Position numbers and translations under genes: made by a program
Virus record (IMG/VR): IMGVR_UViG_3300009130_000013
Span: 29,196 to 93,195 of that record
Direction: 5' to 3' (one strand)
DNA: 64,000 nt
DNA from: a virus
Shown: positions 37,330 to 45,796 of the stretch, piece by piece
Numbering within the stretch: the stretch's first letter is position 1
How the letters are laid out: each line of letters opens with the position of its first letter
The notes under the pieces: model-generated
Told to the model about the DNA's origin: nothing
The model's database searches: none
What the model saw: only the letters and a program-made list of their open reading frames with translations

Positions 37330-38160
37330 ATGACTAGAGACCCTTACGAAGTATTGGGTGTATCCCCCGACGCAGATGAAAAAACAATAAAAAAAGCCTA
37401 CAAAAAAATGGCAATGAAACACCACCCCGATCGTACGGGCGGTGACGAAACCAAAATGAAGGAAGTAACTGAGGCTTATAATAGAATTACTAAAGGGGAC
37501 ACACAACAAAATCCATTTGGGGATGGGTTTCACTTTTCTACTAATTCTAATATGTCGCAAGAAGATTTACACGACATACTATCAGGATTTGGCGATTTCT
37601 TTACAAGAGGATTTGGCGGATTTGGCGGACCACACCCTGATGTAAAATATAGAGATAGTCAAAGAAAAGGCCGTGATGTCGCAATGGACTTACCAATATC
37701 CTTTCATCAAATGTGGTTTGGGCATGAACATTTCTTACAAATAAATGGTAAAACTCTTAGTGTTAAAACACCTCCAGGTGTTCGTAATGGTGCTAGAATA
37801 CGTTACACAGGGCACGGACTGCCTCCTAATCAATTAGGTACTCCGGGAGACTTAATAATCACGGTACTTGTACAGCAAGACGATAAGTACAGTATAGAAG
37901 GTAATACAGTTATTGCTAACCAGCACATATCAGTTTGGGACGCAATCATCGGAGGAGACGTTGAATACAAACACGTTGATGATAGAGTTCTCAAAATCTC
38001 AATTAATCCAGGAACACAACATGGTCAGCTTTTTCGTATACCAGGATATGGTGTTAACAATGGTGACCTAATAGTTAGAGCTGTTATTGAAGTTCCGAGT
38101 TCTAAGAGCTTGACAAAGGAGCAAAAAGAAGTTATAATGAAATGGAAGAATAAAAAGTGA
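37330..38160 (+). CDS. dnaJ: DnaJ/CbpA-type chaperone (no zinc finger)
   Basis: DPYEVLGV, HPD, G/F region, C-terminal domain. Confidence 0.92.
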   Translation: MTRDPYEVLGVSPDADEKTIKKAYKKMAMKHHPDRTGGDETKMKEVTEAYNRITKGDTQQNPFGDGFHFSTNSNMSQEDLHDILSGFGDFFTRGFGGFGGPHPDVKYRDSQRKGRDVAMDLPISFHQMWFGHEHFLQINGKTLSVKTPPGVRNGARIRYTGHGLPPNQLGTPGDLIITVLVQQDDKYSIEGNTVIANQHISVWDAIIGGDVEYKHVDDRVLKISINPGTQHGQLFRIPGYGVNNGDLIVRAVIEVPSSKSLTKEQKEVIMKWKNKK

Positions 38161-38693
38161 TACGGTTAGATCCACAATATCTTCATAACAAAGCAAAACG
38201 TTGCCTATGGCATAACTTTGAAAAAGATAAAAAAATGTATCAAATGCTATCAGCTCAAATGATTGAACTTATGATAGCTGAACATGGATTAGGATTGGCC
38301 GCAAATCAAGTAGGTATGAACTTACAAATGTTTGTTATGAAAAGAGAGAACGGAGATAAGATTGCTTGTTTTAACCCTGAGGTAGTAAAGGTAGGTACTG
38401 ACTGGCACGGTGATGTTATGTGGGCCGACTTTGAAGAAGGTTGTTTAAGTTACCCAGACGTACATTATAAAATATTACGTCCTAGAACTATAACAGCTAA
38501 ATGGACTAACTATCAGTCAACAGATGTTGTACAAGATTTAACAGATATGGAAGCCAGATGTTTTTTACATGAATTTGATCACTGTCAAGGAATCACTTTT
38601 GAACAACGATATAATAACACCATAAAGAAAGAGTACATATCGGATAATATTATATTAGAAGAGAAACCAATAAAACAAAGCGTGGCTATATGA
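38157..38693 (+). CDS. def: peptide deformylase
   Basis: GLGLAANQVG, EGCLS, HEFDH. Confidence 0.93.
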   Translation: MIRLDPQYLHNKAKRCLWHNFEKDKKMYQMLSAQMIELMIAEHGLGLAANQVGMNLQMFVMKRENGDKIACFNPEVVKVGTDWHGDVMWADFEEGCLSYPDVHYKILRPRTITAKWTNYQSTDVVQDLTDMEARCFLHEFDHCQGITFEQRYNNTIKKEYISDNIILEEKPIKQSVAI

Positions 38694-38923
38694 GAACATA
38701 CAAATGGATTGAAGGAATAGTTAGACCAGTAAAAGGCGTTAAAGAAGAATACAAAGATATAAACGAAGAAACTGAAGACAGAAGTTTTAAAAAAGCATTA
38801 AAGTCATTTCAGAATAAAGTTAAAGAATGTCGCTGGTTAAGAGTACAATATAAAAGTAAAAAAGGTAAAGACCTAGATCGTTGGGTTGAAATACCATTAG
38901 GACGTAAGAAGAGAATTGGATAA
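38690..38923 (+). CDS. hypothetical protein
   Basis: Coupled ORF. Confidence 0.65.
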   Translation: MRTYKWIEGIVRPVKGVKEEYKDINEETEDRSFKKALKSFQNKVKECRWLRVQYKSKKGKDLDRWVEIPLGRKKRIG

Positions 38924-41243
38924 AATGATAAAACACAACCCGGAAATGGATTTAATCTTAAGCAAGGCTTATGACTTTGCTCATAAACTTAATCACAAAT
39001 ATGTAACTATCGAACACTTGATGTTGAGTTTAGTTAACTATAAAAATTTTAAAATTATGCTTGAAGAATTTGGTTGCGACCAAGAAAATCTTGCTTTAGA
39101 AATTAAACATCACGTTGAAACATTACCCATAGCATCTAAATCGCCAGTTGAACCTCAAAAGACACACGGCTTAGATAGAGTATGTAATAGAGCATTTACT
39201 CAAGTACTATTCAGTGGTAGACAACATTTACAAACTATAGACTTGTTTCATAGCATAATGACTGAACAAAGAAGCTATGCTTTTTATTTGTTCGCAAAAT
39301 ACAATGTTGACAAAGATGAACTAACAAAATTCTTTAATAAAACATATACCGGTGATGATGAAAAAGCATTACATCAACAAATGGCACAAGAAACACTAGG
39401 CGAGTATTGTACAAATTTAAACGATCAAGCTAAAGTAGGAAAGATAGATCCTGTTATAGGCAGAGAAAACGAAATTGAAGAAATGTGCCAAGTACTAGCA
39501 AAGCGAAATAAATCAAATGTATTACTAATAGGTGAGCCAGGTGTAGGTAAAACAGCACTTGCTGAAGGACTTGCTATGAGAATTTTAGATGGCGATGTTC
39601 CTGATTACCTAAAGAACTCTCGTGTTTACAACTTAGACATGGGTAGTTTAATAGCTGGTACAAAGTACAGAGGAGAATTTGAAGAACGATTAAAAGAAAT
39701 TATTTCCGCGGCAAAAATATTGCCAGGATCAATACTTTTCATTGATGAAGCACATCAAATGAGAGGTGCCGGCGCCGGGGGAAACAGTGGACCAGATTTT
39801 ATGCAAATGCTCAAACCAGCATTGGCTAAAGGAGATGTGAAAGTAATCGCATCTACTACTTGGGAAGATTATACGTCTAGTTTTGAAAAAGACAGGGCGT
39901 TTATGAGAAGATTTTATAGACTAACAGTTGAAGAGCCCACACCAGAGGTAGCGAAAGATATACTTACTGGTCTTAACAAATATTTTATGGAATTTCATAA
40001 AGCGAAAATATTTCCAGAGGCTATTGAAGCCGCTGTTGACCTTAGCGTCAGGCACCAACCAGATAAAAAGTTGCCTGACAAGGCAATTGATTTAATAGAT
40101 AGTGCCTGTGCTAGACAACGTTTCCTAAAACAAACTAACTATAAGATTCGTAAGTCTAACATTATAGAAGAACTATCTAAAGCAACTAGAATACCATTAG
40201 AACAATTAAACTCAGAAGCTACAAAGAGCTTGGCTGATATAGACGGTCATATTAAAACAAAACTATTCGGTCAAGACCACGTTATAGATACTGTGGTTAA
40301 TAAAATTATGGTATCTAAAGCAGGACTTAAGAGTATTCATAAACCAATTGGTGTATTTTTACTATTAGGTCCAACTGGTTCTGGTAAAACAGAGTTTGCT
40401 AAACTACTTGCTGAAAACAGTCAAGCAAAACTATTAAGATTTGATATGAGTGAATATCAAGAGAAGCATACAGTCGCAAGACTAATTGGTGCTCCTCCAG
40501 GTTATGTAGGTTATGAAGACGGTAATCTAGGAGGTGGACTATTAATTAGTCAAATTGAAAAGAATCCACACGCCATTGTATTGTTTGACGAGATAGAAAA
40601 AGCACACCCTGATGTTAGTAACGTTTTACTACAACTAATGGACGAAGGCTTTATTACTAGTACAAATGGTAAAAAAGCAGATGCTAGAAATACAGTTATC
40701 TTAATGACATCTAACTTAGGTGCCAAAGACAATGAAATGAATAATATAGGATTTAGTCAAGAACTAGAAAAGTCGGGTGAAGAAGATAAAGCAATGAAAA
40801 ACTTCTTTAAACCTGAATTTAGAAATAGACTAGATGGAGTATGTAAGTTTAAACATTTATCAAATGACGTAGTAAGAAAAATTGTTGGTAAGTTTAAAAA
40901 TGAAATAAATGACTTACTAGCAGAAAAAGGTATTAAGATAGAATTTATGGAAAAAGCTGTAGCCCAATTAGCCAAACTTGGCTATGATAAGAAAATGGGT
41001 GCTAGACCACTTGGTCGAGTTATTGAAGATAAAATTAAAATACCTCTATCTAAAAAGATATTATTTGAGAGTATTAAAGAAGGTTCTTTAATATTAATTG
41101 ATTATACGAAAAAAGAATTTAGTATAACAGTTAACCCTAACGAGGCTAATGCTGATGGCGAATTACAAGATACCAAATCTAAAACCGGAGTCGATAAATC
41201 AGGTCTTATTGTACTGGACCAATTTAAACCAGAACCTAAATAG
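38916..41243 (+). CDS. clpA: ClpA ATP-dependent unfoldase
   Basis: N domain, GEPGVGKT and GPTGSGKT Walker A, IGF loop. Confidence 0.93.
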   Translation: MDKMIKHNPEMDLILSKAYDFAHKLNHKYVTIEHLMLSLVNYKNFKIMLEEFGCDQENLALEIKHHVETLPIASKSPVEPQKTHGLDRVCNRAFTQVLFSGRQHLQTIDLFHSIMTEQRSYAFYLFAKYNVDKDELTKFFNKTYTGDDEKALHQQMAQETLGEYCTNLNDQAKVGKIDPVIGRENEIEEMCQVLAKRNKSNVLLIGEPGVGKTALAEGLAMRILDGDVPDYLKNSRVYNLDMGSLIAGTKYRGEFEERLKEIISAAKILPGSILFIDEAHQMRGAGAGGNSGPDFMQMLKPALAKGDVKVIASTTWEDYTSSFEKDRAFMRRFYRLTVEEPTPEVAKDILTGLNKYFMEFHKAKIFPEAIEAAVDLSVRHQPDKKLPDKAIDLIDSACARQRFLKQTNYKIRKSNIIEELSKATRIPLEQLNSEATKSLADIDGHIKTKLFGQDHVIDTVVNKIMVSKAGLKSIHKPIGVFLLLGPTGSGKTEFAKLLAENSQAKLLRFDMSEYQEKHTVARLIGAPPGYVGYEDGNLGGGLLISQIEKNPHAIVLFDEIEKAHPDVSNVLLQLMDEGFITSTNGKKADARNTVILMTSNLGAKDNEMNNIGFSQELEKSGEEDKAMKNFFKPEFRNRLDGVCKFKHLSNDVVRKIVGKFKNEINDLLAEKGIKIEFMEKAVAQLAKLGYDKKMGARPLGRVIEDKIKIPLSKKILFESIKEGSLILIDYTKKEFSITVNPNEANADGELQDTKSKTGVDKSGLIVLDQFKPEPK

Positions 41244-41943
41244 ATTTTCAGCTAGAGTTAGAATAGCTGATAAACGATTTTATACTTCATATCCTATACG
41301 AATACGTTTCTATCCAATATGTCATTTTAGATTCTTCTGGAGTAACCGTTCTAAGTTTGTTAATCTTACTTGGCCGGAATATCGAAAAACATTATCCACT
41401 TACGAAAAAGAATTACTTGTAAAATACATATCTTGGGCACGTTACCCTGTGCCTATGCCAAAAACTCTTAACAATAGAGAATTTCAAACTACATTTACAT
41501 TATGTAAATGGTTAATGGATAACATTGAAAAACCAAAGATTCGAATGGAATCAAATACTGTAGATTTTTATACAACTGACCCTCAAGTGTTTACGCCATT
41601 AGAGGATATTGGACCTTTAGTATGGGAAGTAGACCTAGTAAATCCAAATCTTGCTATTGACGAAATTGAATGCGATAACTTTCCACTTGACAAATACGAA
41701 TATCGTGTTATACTTAAAGAAGTAAAGTTAAAAAATGATAATATCCTAAACGTAATTGATGAATTAAATAGCCAAGGAGACATCAAAATTACAGATAGAA
41801 GACTATCAGATTTTAAAAAATTTAGAAATTCCCATGGTGATTGGCTTTATGTTAAAGACGATTACATTCTAACAATAGTAAATCTAACCCTTGGGCATTT
41901 AGTATCTAGAATACTAAAATATGTTAAAGTAGGAGAAAAATAG
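41149..41943 (+). CDS. hypothetical protein
   Basis: Long ORF; exact start uncertain. Confidence 0.65.
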   Translation: MLMANYKIPNLKPESINQVLLYWTNLNQNLNRFSARVRIADKRFYTSYPIRIRFYPICHFRFFWSNRSKFVNLTWPEYRKTLSTYEKELLVKYISWARYPVPMPKTLNNREFQTTFTLCKWLMDNIEKPKIRMESNTVDFYTTDPQVFTPLEDIGPLVWEVDLVNPNLAIDEIECDNFPLDKYEYRVILKEVKLKNDNILNVIDELNSQGDIKITDRRLSDFKKFRNSHGDWLYVKDDYILTIVNLTLGHLVSRILKYVKVGEK

Positions 41944-41944
41944 A

Positions 41945-42211
41945 ATGAAAATAGATCAATGGAAAACGTTTTTAAGTAGAAAACTAATACAACAAGGCAC
42001 TAGAGTTTATGCTGAAGTAACAGCTAAAGGAATTGCCGATGACCCAGTTAGAGTTATGAAAGAATTAAGCATTATTGACGTTAATAAAGACGGCGGACTC
42101 GGACATTTTGTACGAGATCATACAGAAAATTATACATTTACATATGATACTGTTAAAACAATAGATAGTATGACGCCAGAACGTTTAGCTAAAGCGTTCA
42201 AGATTAAATAA
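41945..42211 (+). CDS. hypothetical protein
   Basis: SD AGGAG. Confidence 0.7.
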   Translation: MKIDQWKTFLSRKLIQQGTRVYAEVTAKGIADDPVRVMKELSIIDVNKDGGLGHFVRDHTENYTFTYDTVKTIDSMTPERLAKAFKIK

Positions 42212-42233
42212 ATAAGTAAAATAGGAAAACATT

Positions 42234-42629
42234 ATGCCAGCAATAGCAACAACACTTATACCAAGCACATCACACGGTACAGCTACAGGTAATTATGACG
42301 GTAGTTCAATATACTTCTATAGCGATGCCGCTAAAGGTGATGGTTATTATGGATATAGTGATGGATTACATACTGTTAGTTGGCAAGTAACATCATTTAT
42401 TGGTGATATTAAAATACAAGGAAGCCTTGTTGAAACACCTGCTACTGATGATTGGTTTGATATTACAATGACTGACCCAGCTGGAGCAACGTACACTAGC
42501 CCATATGATGGTAGTACAGCACAAACGGCTCACGTAGCATACAATTTTACAGGAAACTTTGTCAATATACGAGCATCTGTTACAAACTTTACAGCAGGCT
42601 CTATTAACAAATTAAGGTTTAATTACTAA
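42234..42629 (+). CDS. probable virion protein
   Basis: KGDGYYG..DGLHTV...NFTGNFV.IRA; late-like box upstream. Confidence 0.6.
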   Translation: MPAIATTLIPSTSHGTATGNYDGSSIYFYSDAAKGDGYYGYSDGLHTVSWQVTSFIGDIKIQGSLVETPATDDWFDITMTDPAGATYTSPYDGSTAQTAHVAYNFTGNFVNIRASVTNFTAGSINKLRFNY

Positions 42630-42880
42630 TGGTAAACTGGATTAAATTAAAATTAGGACATACACCTACAGTACAAGAACAACGTGTCTTTGCTGGTGCT
42701 ATTGCTATGGTGTTAGGTAAAAACTTAACTGAAAGTAAAGACGACTGGTATATAGACGTATTAGATGATCATGCTTTAGGTTGTAAATTTAAAACAGCAT
42801 TTACAGAAGATGAAGCTAATAGATTAGCTCACGTATTATCGAGAACTATCCCCGATCACGAATTAGAAATATCAGTTTAA
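42629..42880 (+). CDS. hypothetical protein
   Basis: Coupled ORF. Confidence 0.65.
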   Translation: MVNWIKLKLGHTPTVQEQRVFAGAIAMVLGKNLTESKDDWYIDVLDDHALGCKFKTAFTEDEANRLAHVLSRTIPDHELEISV

Positions 42881-42891
42881 ATAGGTAATCA

Positions 42892-43590
42892 ATGTTCACT
42901 GACGAACAATCAAAAAGAATACAAAACAGTTTCTTAGCAATATGTACTCCTTGTTACGGAGGACAACTCACAGAAAAACATTATGTAAGTATGGTTTCAT
43001 ACGTTATTGCTTGTATGAAAAATAATATGATGTTTAGTTTAGAAACTATGGCTAACGAAAGCCTTGTTACTAGAGCTAGGAATAATCTAGTAGCAAAAAT
43101 GATGATGAATCCTAAAACTACCCACCTAATGTTTATAGATGCTGATGTTGGTTTCCCAACTGACGCTATGTATAAACTTATAGCACACGATAAAGATGTT
43201 GTTGGTGGTATATATCCTAAAAAAACATTTGAACCTGACTATGTTTTTAATCCTTTACCTGATGCTAAAAGAGAAGGTGATGTAATAGAAGTTGATGATA
43301 TAGGTACAGGCTTTTTACTAATCAAACGTGAAGTTATTCAAAAGATGTTTGACAGTTTTCCTAACTTAAAATACAAAAATAATATCAATATTGGCAATGA
43401 CGCTGAGCCGTTCATGTATGCCTTATTTGATACTCACCTCGACGAAAAAGGCAATTACCTAAGCGAAGATTACACTTTTTGCGAACGATGGCGTAGTTTA
43501 GGTGGCAAAATATATGCTGATACTAGCATAGAATTAACACATACTGGCTATTATCCATTTACAGGCGACGTCACGTTGCTTCAAAAATAA
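42892..43590 (+). CDS. GT-A fold glycosyltransferase-like protein
   Basis: TPCYGG, RARN, FIDAD, GTGFLLIKR, SEDY.FC. Confidence 0.85.
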   Translation: MFTDEQSKRIQNSFLAICTPCYGGQLTEKHYVSMVSYVIACMKNNMMFSLETMANESLVTRARNNLVAKMMMNPKTTHLMFIDADVGFPTDAMYKLIAHDKDVVGGIYPKKTFEPDYVFNPLPDAKREGDVIEVDDIGTGFLLIKREVIQKMFDSFPNLKYKNNINIGNDAEPFMYALFDTHLDEKGNYLSEDYTFCERWRSLGGKIYADTSIELTHTGYYPFTGDVTLLQK

Positions 43591-43620
43591 CTAAATACAT
43601 TATAACTGGAGTAATTTAGT

Positions 43621-45330
43621 ATGGCGAGTAAAATCGTGGCAATATACGCGGGAAGATTTCACCCATTTCATAAGGGCCATAAGGCTGTCTATGACAGTAT
43701 GGTTGATAAGTTTGGTGAGAATAATGTTTATATCGCTACAAGTAACAAAACAGGTCCTGGATCACCATTTACATTTAAAGAAAAACGTGTTATGATGATG
43801 CTTACAGGTGTGCCTGCTAGTGCTATTAAACAAGAAATATCTCCGTATAAACCCGAAAATACGCTGTCTACAGTACCGAAAGATACAGCGGCCATCTTTG
43901 CTGTAGGGCAAAAAGATATGGCTGAGAATCCTCGTTTTAAACCAGGACTTAAAAAAGATGGCAACCCAACTTATTATCAAGATTTAGATGCTTGGCTTAA
44001 AGCAGGGAAAAAATTAGAAGGCTATGAAACACATGGCTACTTAATCGCAATACCATCAGTTAAATTTACAGTACTTAATAAGCCGGCAGATTCGGCTACA
44101 CAATTAAGAGCTCAATATAAAACATTAGATGATGAGAAACGTAAAGAGTTTATAACAGATTTATTTGGACAATACGACGATATGGTTAAAACAGTAATGG
44201 ATACTAAATTAACTGAAGATTTTAATCCACAAGATCATTATGATCCAAAAACAGGAAGATCTTTTGTGAATAAAAATCATCCAGAATTTAAAAACAGAGT
44301 GTTTGGTGGCGATAAAGGAATAATTGTAAAACAAATTAAAAGACTATCTTATGTTATAGATGACATAGAAAAACTTGTTAAAGATAAAGCTATCGACAAA
44401 GAAACAATGGCAACTATTAAATCACAATTAGATAGAATAGGTGATAGTTTACATGGTACACCAGTAGCAGAAAAATGGAGTAAGTTTGTTGAAACATTAT
44501 GGCAACTAAACAAAGAAGAACCAATGGACAGCGAAATTTTAATACAAGGTCTTGGACGAATGACTCTACAACAAGCAATCCGCAGAGTAAAAGAATATGC
44601 TGATGAAATAAGCAGAGTAGTTTCAGACGAAGATGCTTGGTCTCATCAAGGTAAACTAAACCATCATATAGAAATATTAAGTCATTATAACAAAGCTATA
44701 CAAGATGCTTATAAAGATTTGGCCGCTATCCGTAAGAAAGGCGGAACAAGAAGCAGAGGAATTGACAAATACATTGAAGGTGATGTAGAAGCAGATAAGA
44801 AAAATCCTGTAGCAAAAAAACATATTAATAAGCCTGAATGGAAGGCTTTACATGATATGGATGATGACATTATCAACGATTATATTAAACATAAAAAAGT
44901 TAAAGAAGCAAATGATTATGGCGAAGCAAGACTTTTAGGTATTGCTCAAGCACATCTAAGCCATGGATTAGAAATGGCCCAATACATATTAGATGGTGAC
45001 GAGTTCAAAGCTAAAAGCATAGCCAGAAGCATTGTACAAAATTGGCCAGAAGCAATTGACAAAATACAAAATGTGTATAAAGAAACAATTGGAGAGGCAG
45101 ATTCATATTCGCCACCAACTATTAAGGTAGGTGACGAAGTTAAAGTTGGTCGATTTAAAAATAGAAAAGCTGAAGTCAAAGGTTTCACAAAAGATGAACA
45201 CAATCAACCAGTACTCAAAACTAACAAAGGTGACCAAAAATTATTTAAACCACGAATAGTGAAGTTAGAAGTCAGTGAAACTTTTGATACTGTAGAGAGG
45301 GCGTACAATGAGAATAAGAGAAGTAGCTAA
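43621..45330 (+). CDS. HxGH nucleotidyltransferase fused to additional modules
   Basis: GRFHPFHKGH, SATQLR; ~370 aa extension; TAAATA at 43592. Confidence 0.8.
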   Translation: MASKIVAIYAGRFHPFHKGHKAVYDSMVDKFGENNVYIATSNKTGPGSPFTFKEKRVMMMLTGVPASAIKQEISPYKPENTLSTVPKDTAAIFAVGQKDMAENPRFKPGLKKDGNPTYYQDLDAWLKAGKKLEGYETHGYLIAIPSVKFTVLNKPADSATQLRAQYKTLDDEKRKEFITDLFGQYDDMVKTVMDTKLTEDFNPQDHYDPKTGRSFVNKNHPEFKNRVFGGDKGIIVKQIKRLSYVIDDIEKLVKDKAIDKETMATIKSQLDRIGDSLHGTPVAEKWSKFVETLWQLNKEEPMDSEILIQGLGRMTLQQAIRRVKEYADEISRVVSDEDAWSHQGKLNHHIEILSHYNKAIQDAYKDLAAIRKKGGTRSRGIDKYIEGDVEADKKNPVAKKHINKPEWKALHDMDDDIINDYIKHKKVKEANDYGEARLLGIAQAHLSHGLEMAQYILDGDEFKAKSIARSIVQNWPEAIDKIQNVYKETIGEADSYSPPTIKVGDEVKVGRFKNRKAEVKGFTKDEHNQPVLKTNKGDQKLFKPRIVKLEVSETFDTVERAYNENKRSS

Positions 45331-45787
45331 AGCAATAAAAGAAGGGGTGGACTTTAATGCGGGCCATCTCAACAAAGAAAAAGGATACTGGACTAGCGAT
45401 ACTGATTCTGGGCAACGATATAAAGATGAATTTTATGGTCCAGATTCTGATCCGTATGCGGAACCAGAATACCATCCTGATTACAAACCAGAATTAGATT
45501 TACATTTAACTGGTTCAAGCATGGGTCAAGTGTTTGCTGAGCTCGGATACGACTCAGAAGCACATCCGCCAATAGATGAATTTATAGCAAGAACAACACA
45601 ATGGTTACAAAAAGCAATAGGTAAACCTTCTCCAGAAGAACCTACTACAATAGATAAAAGTGGTGGAGGTGCTACAATGATAAGTGGTGGCAAACGTGAA
45701 GGTTACTTTAATGATGTAATTATGAGAATGAATAAAATTGCTAGATATGGTAAAGAAAACGGCGCAACCCATGTTTGGGCGGCCTAA
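45308..45787 (+). CDS. probable internal head protein
   Basis: MRIREVAKAIKE N-terminus. Confidence 0.6.
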   Translation: MRIREVAKAIKEGVDFNAGHLNKEKGYWTSDTDSGQRYKDEFYGPDSDPYAEPEYHPDYKPELDLHLTGSSMGQVFAELGYDSEAHPPIDEFIARTTQWLQKAIGKPSPEEPTTIDKSGGGATMISGGKREGYFNDVIMRMNKIARYGKENGATHVWAA

Positions 45788-45796
45788 GGACCTGTA

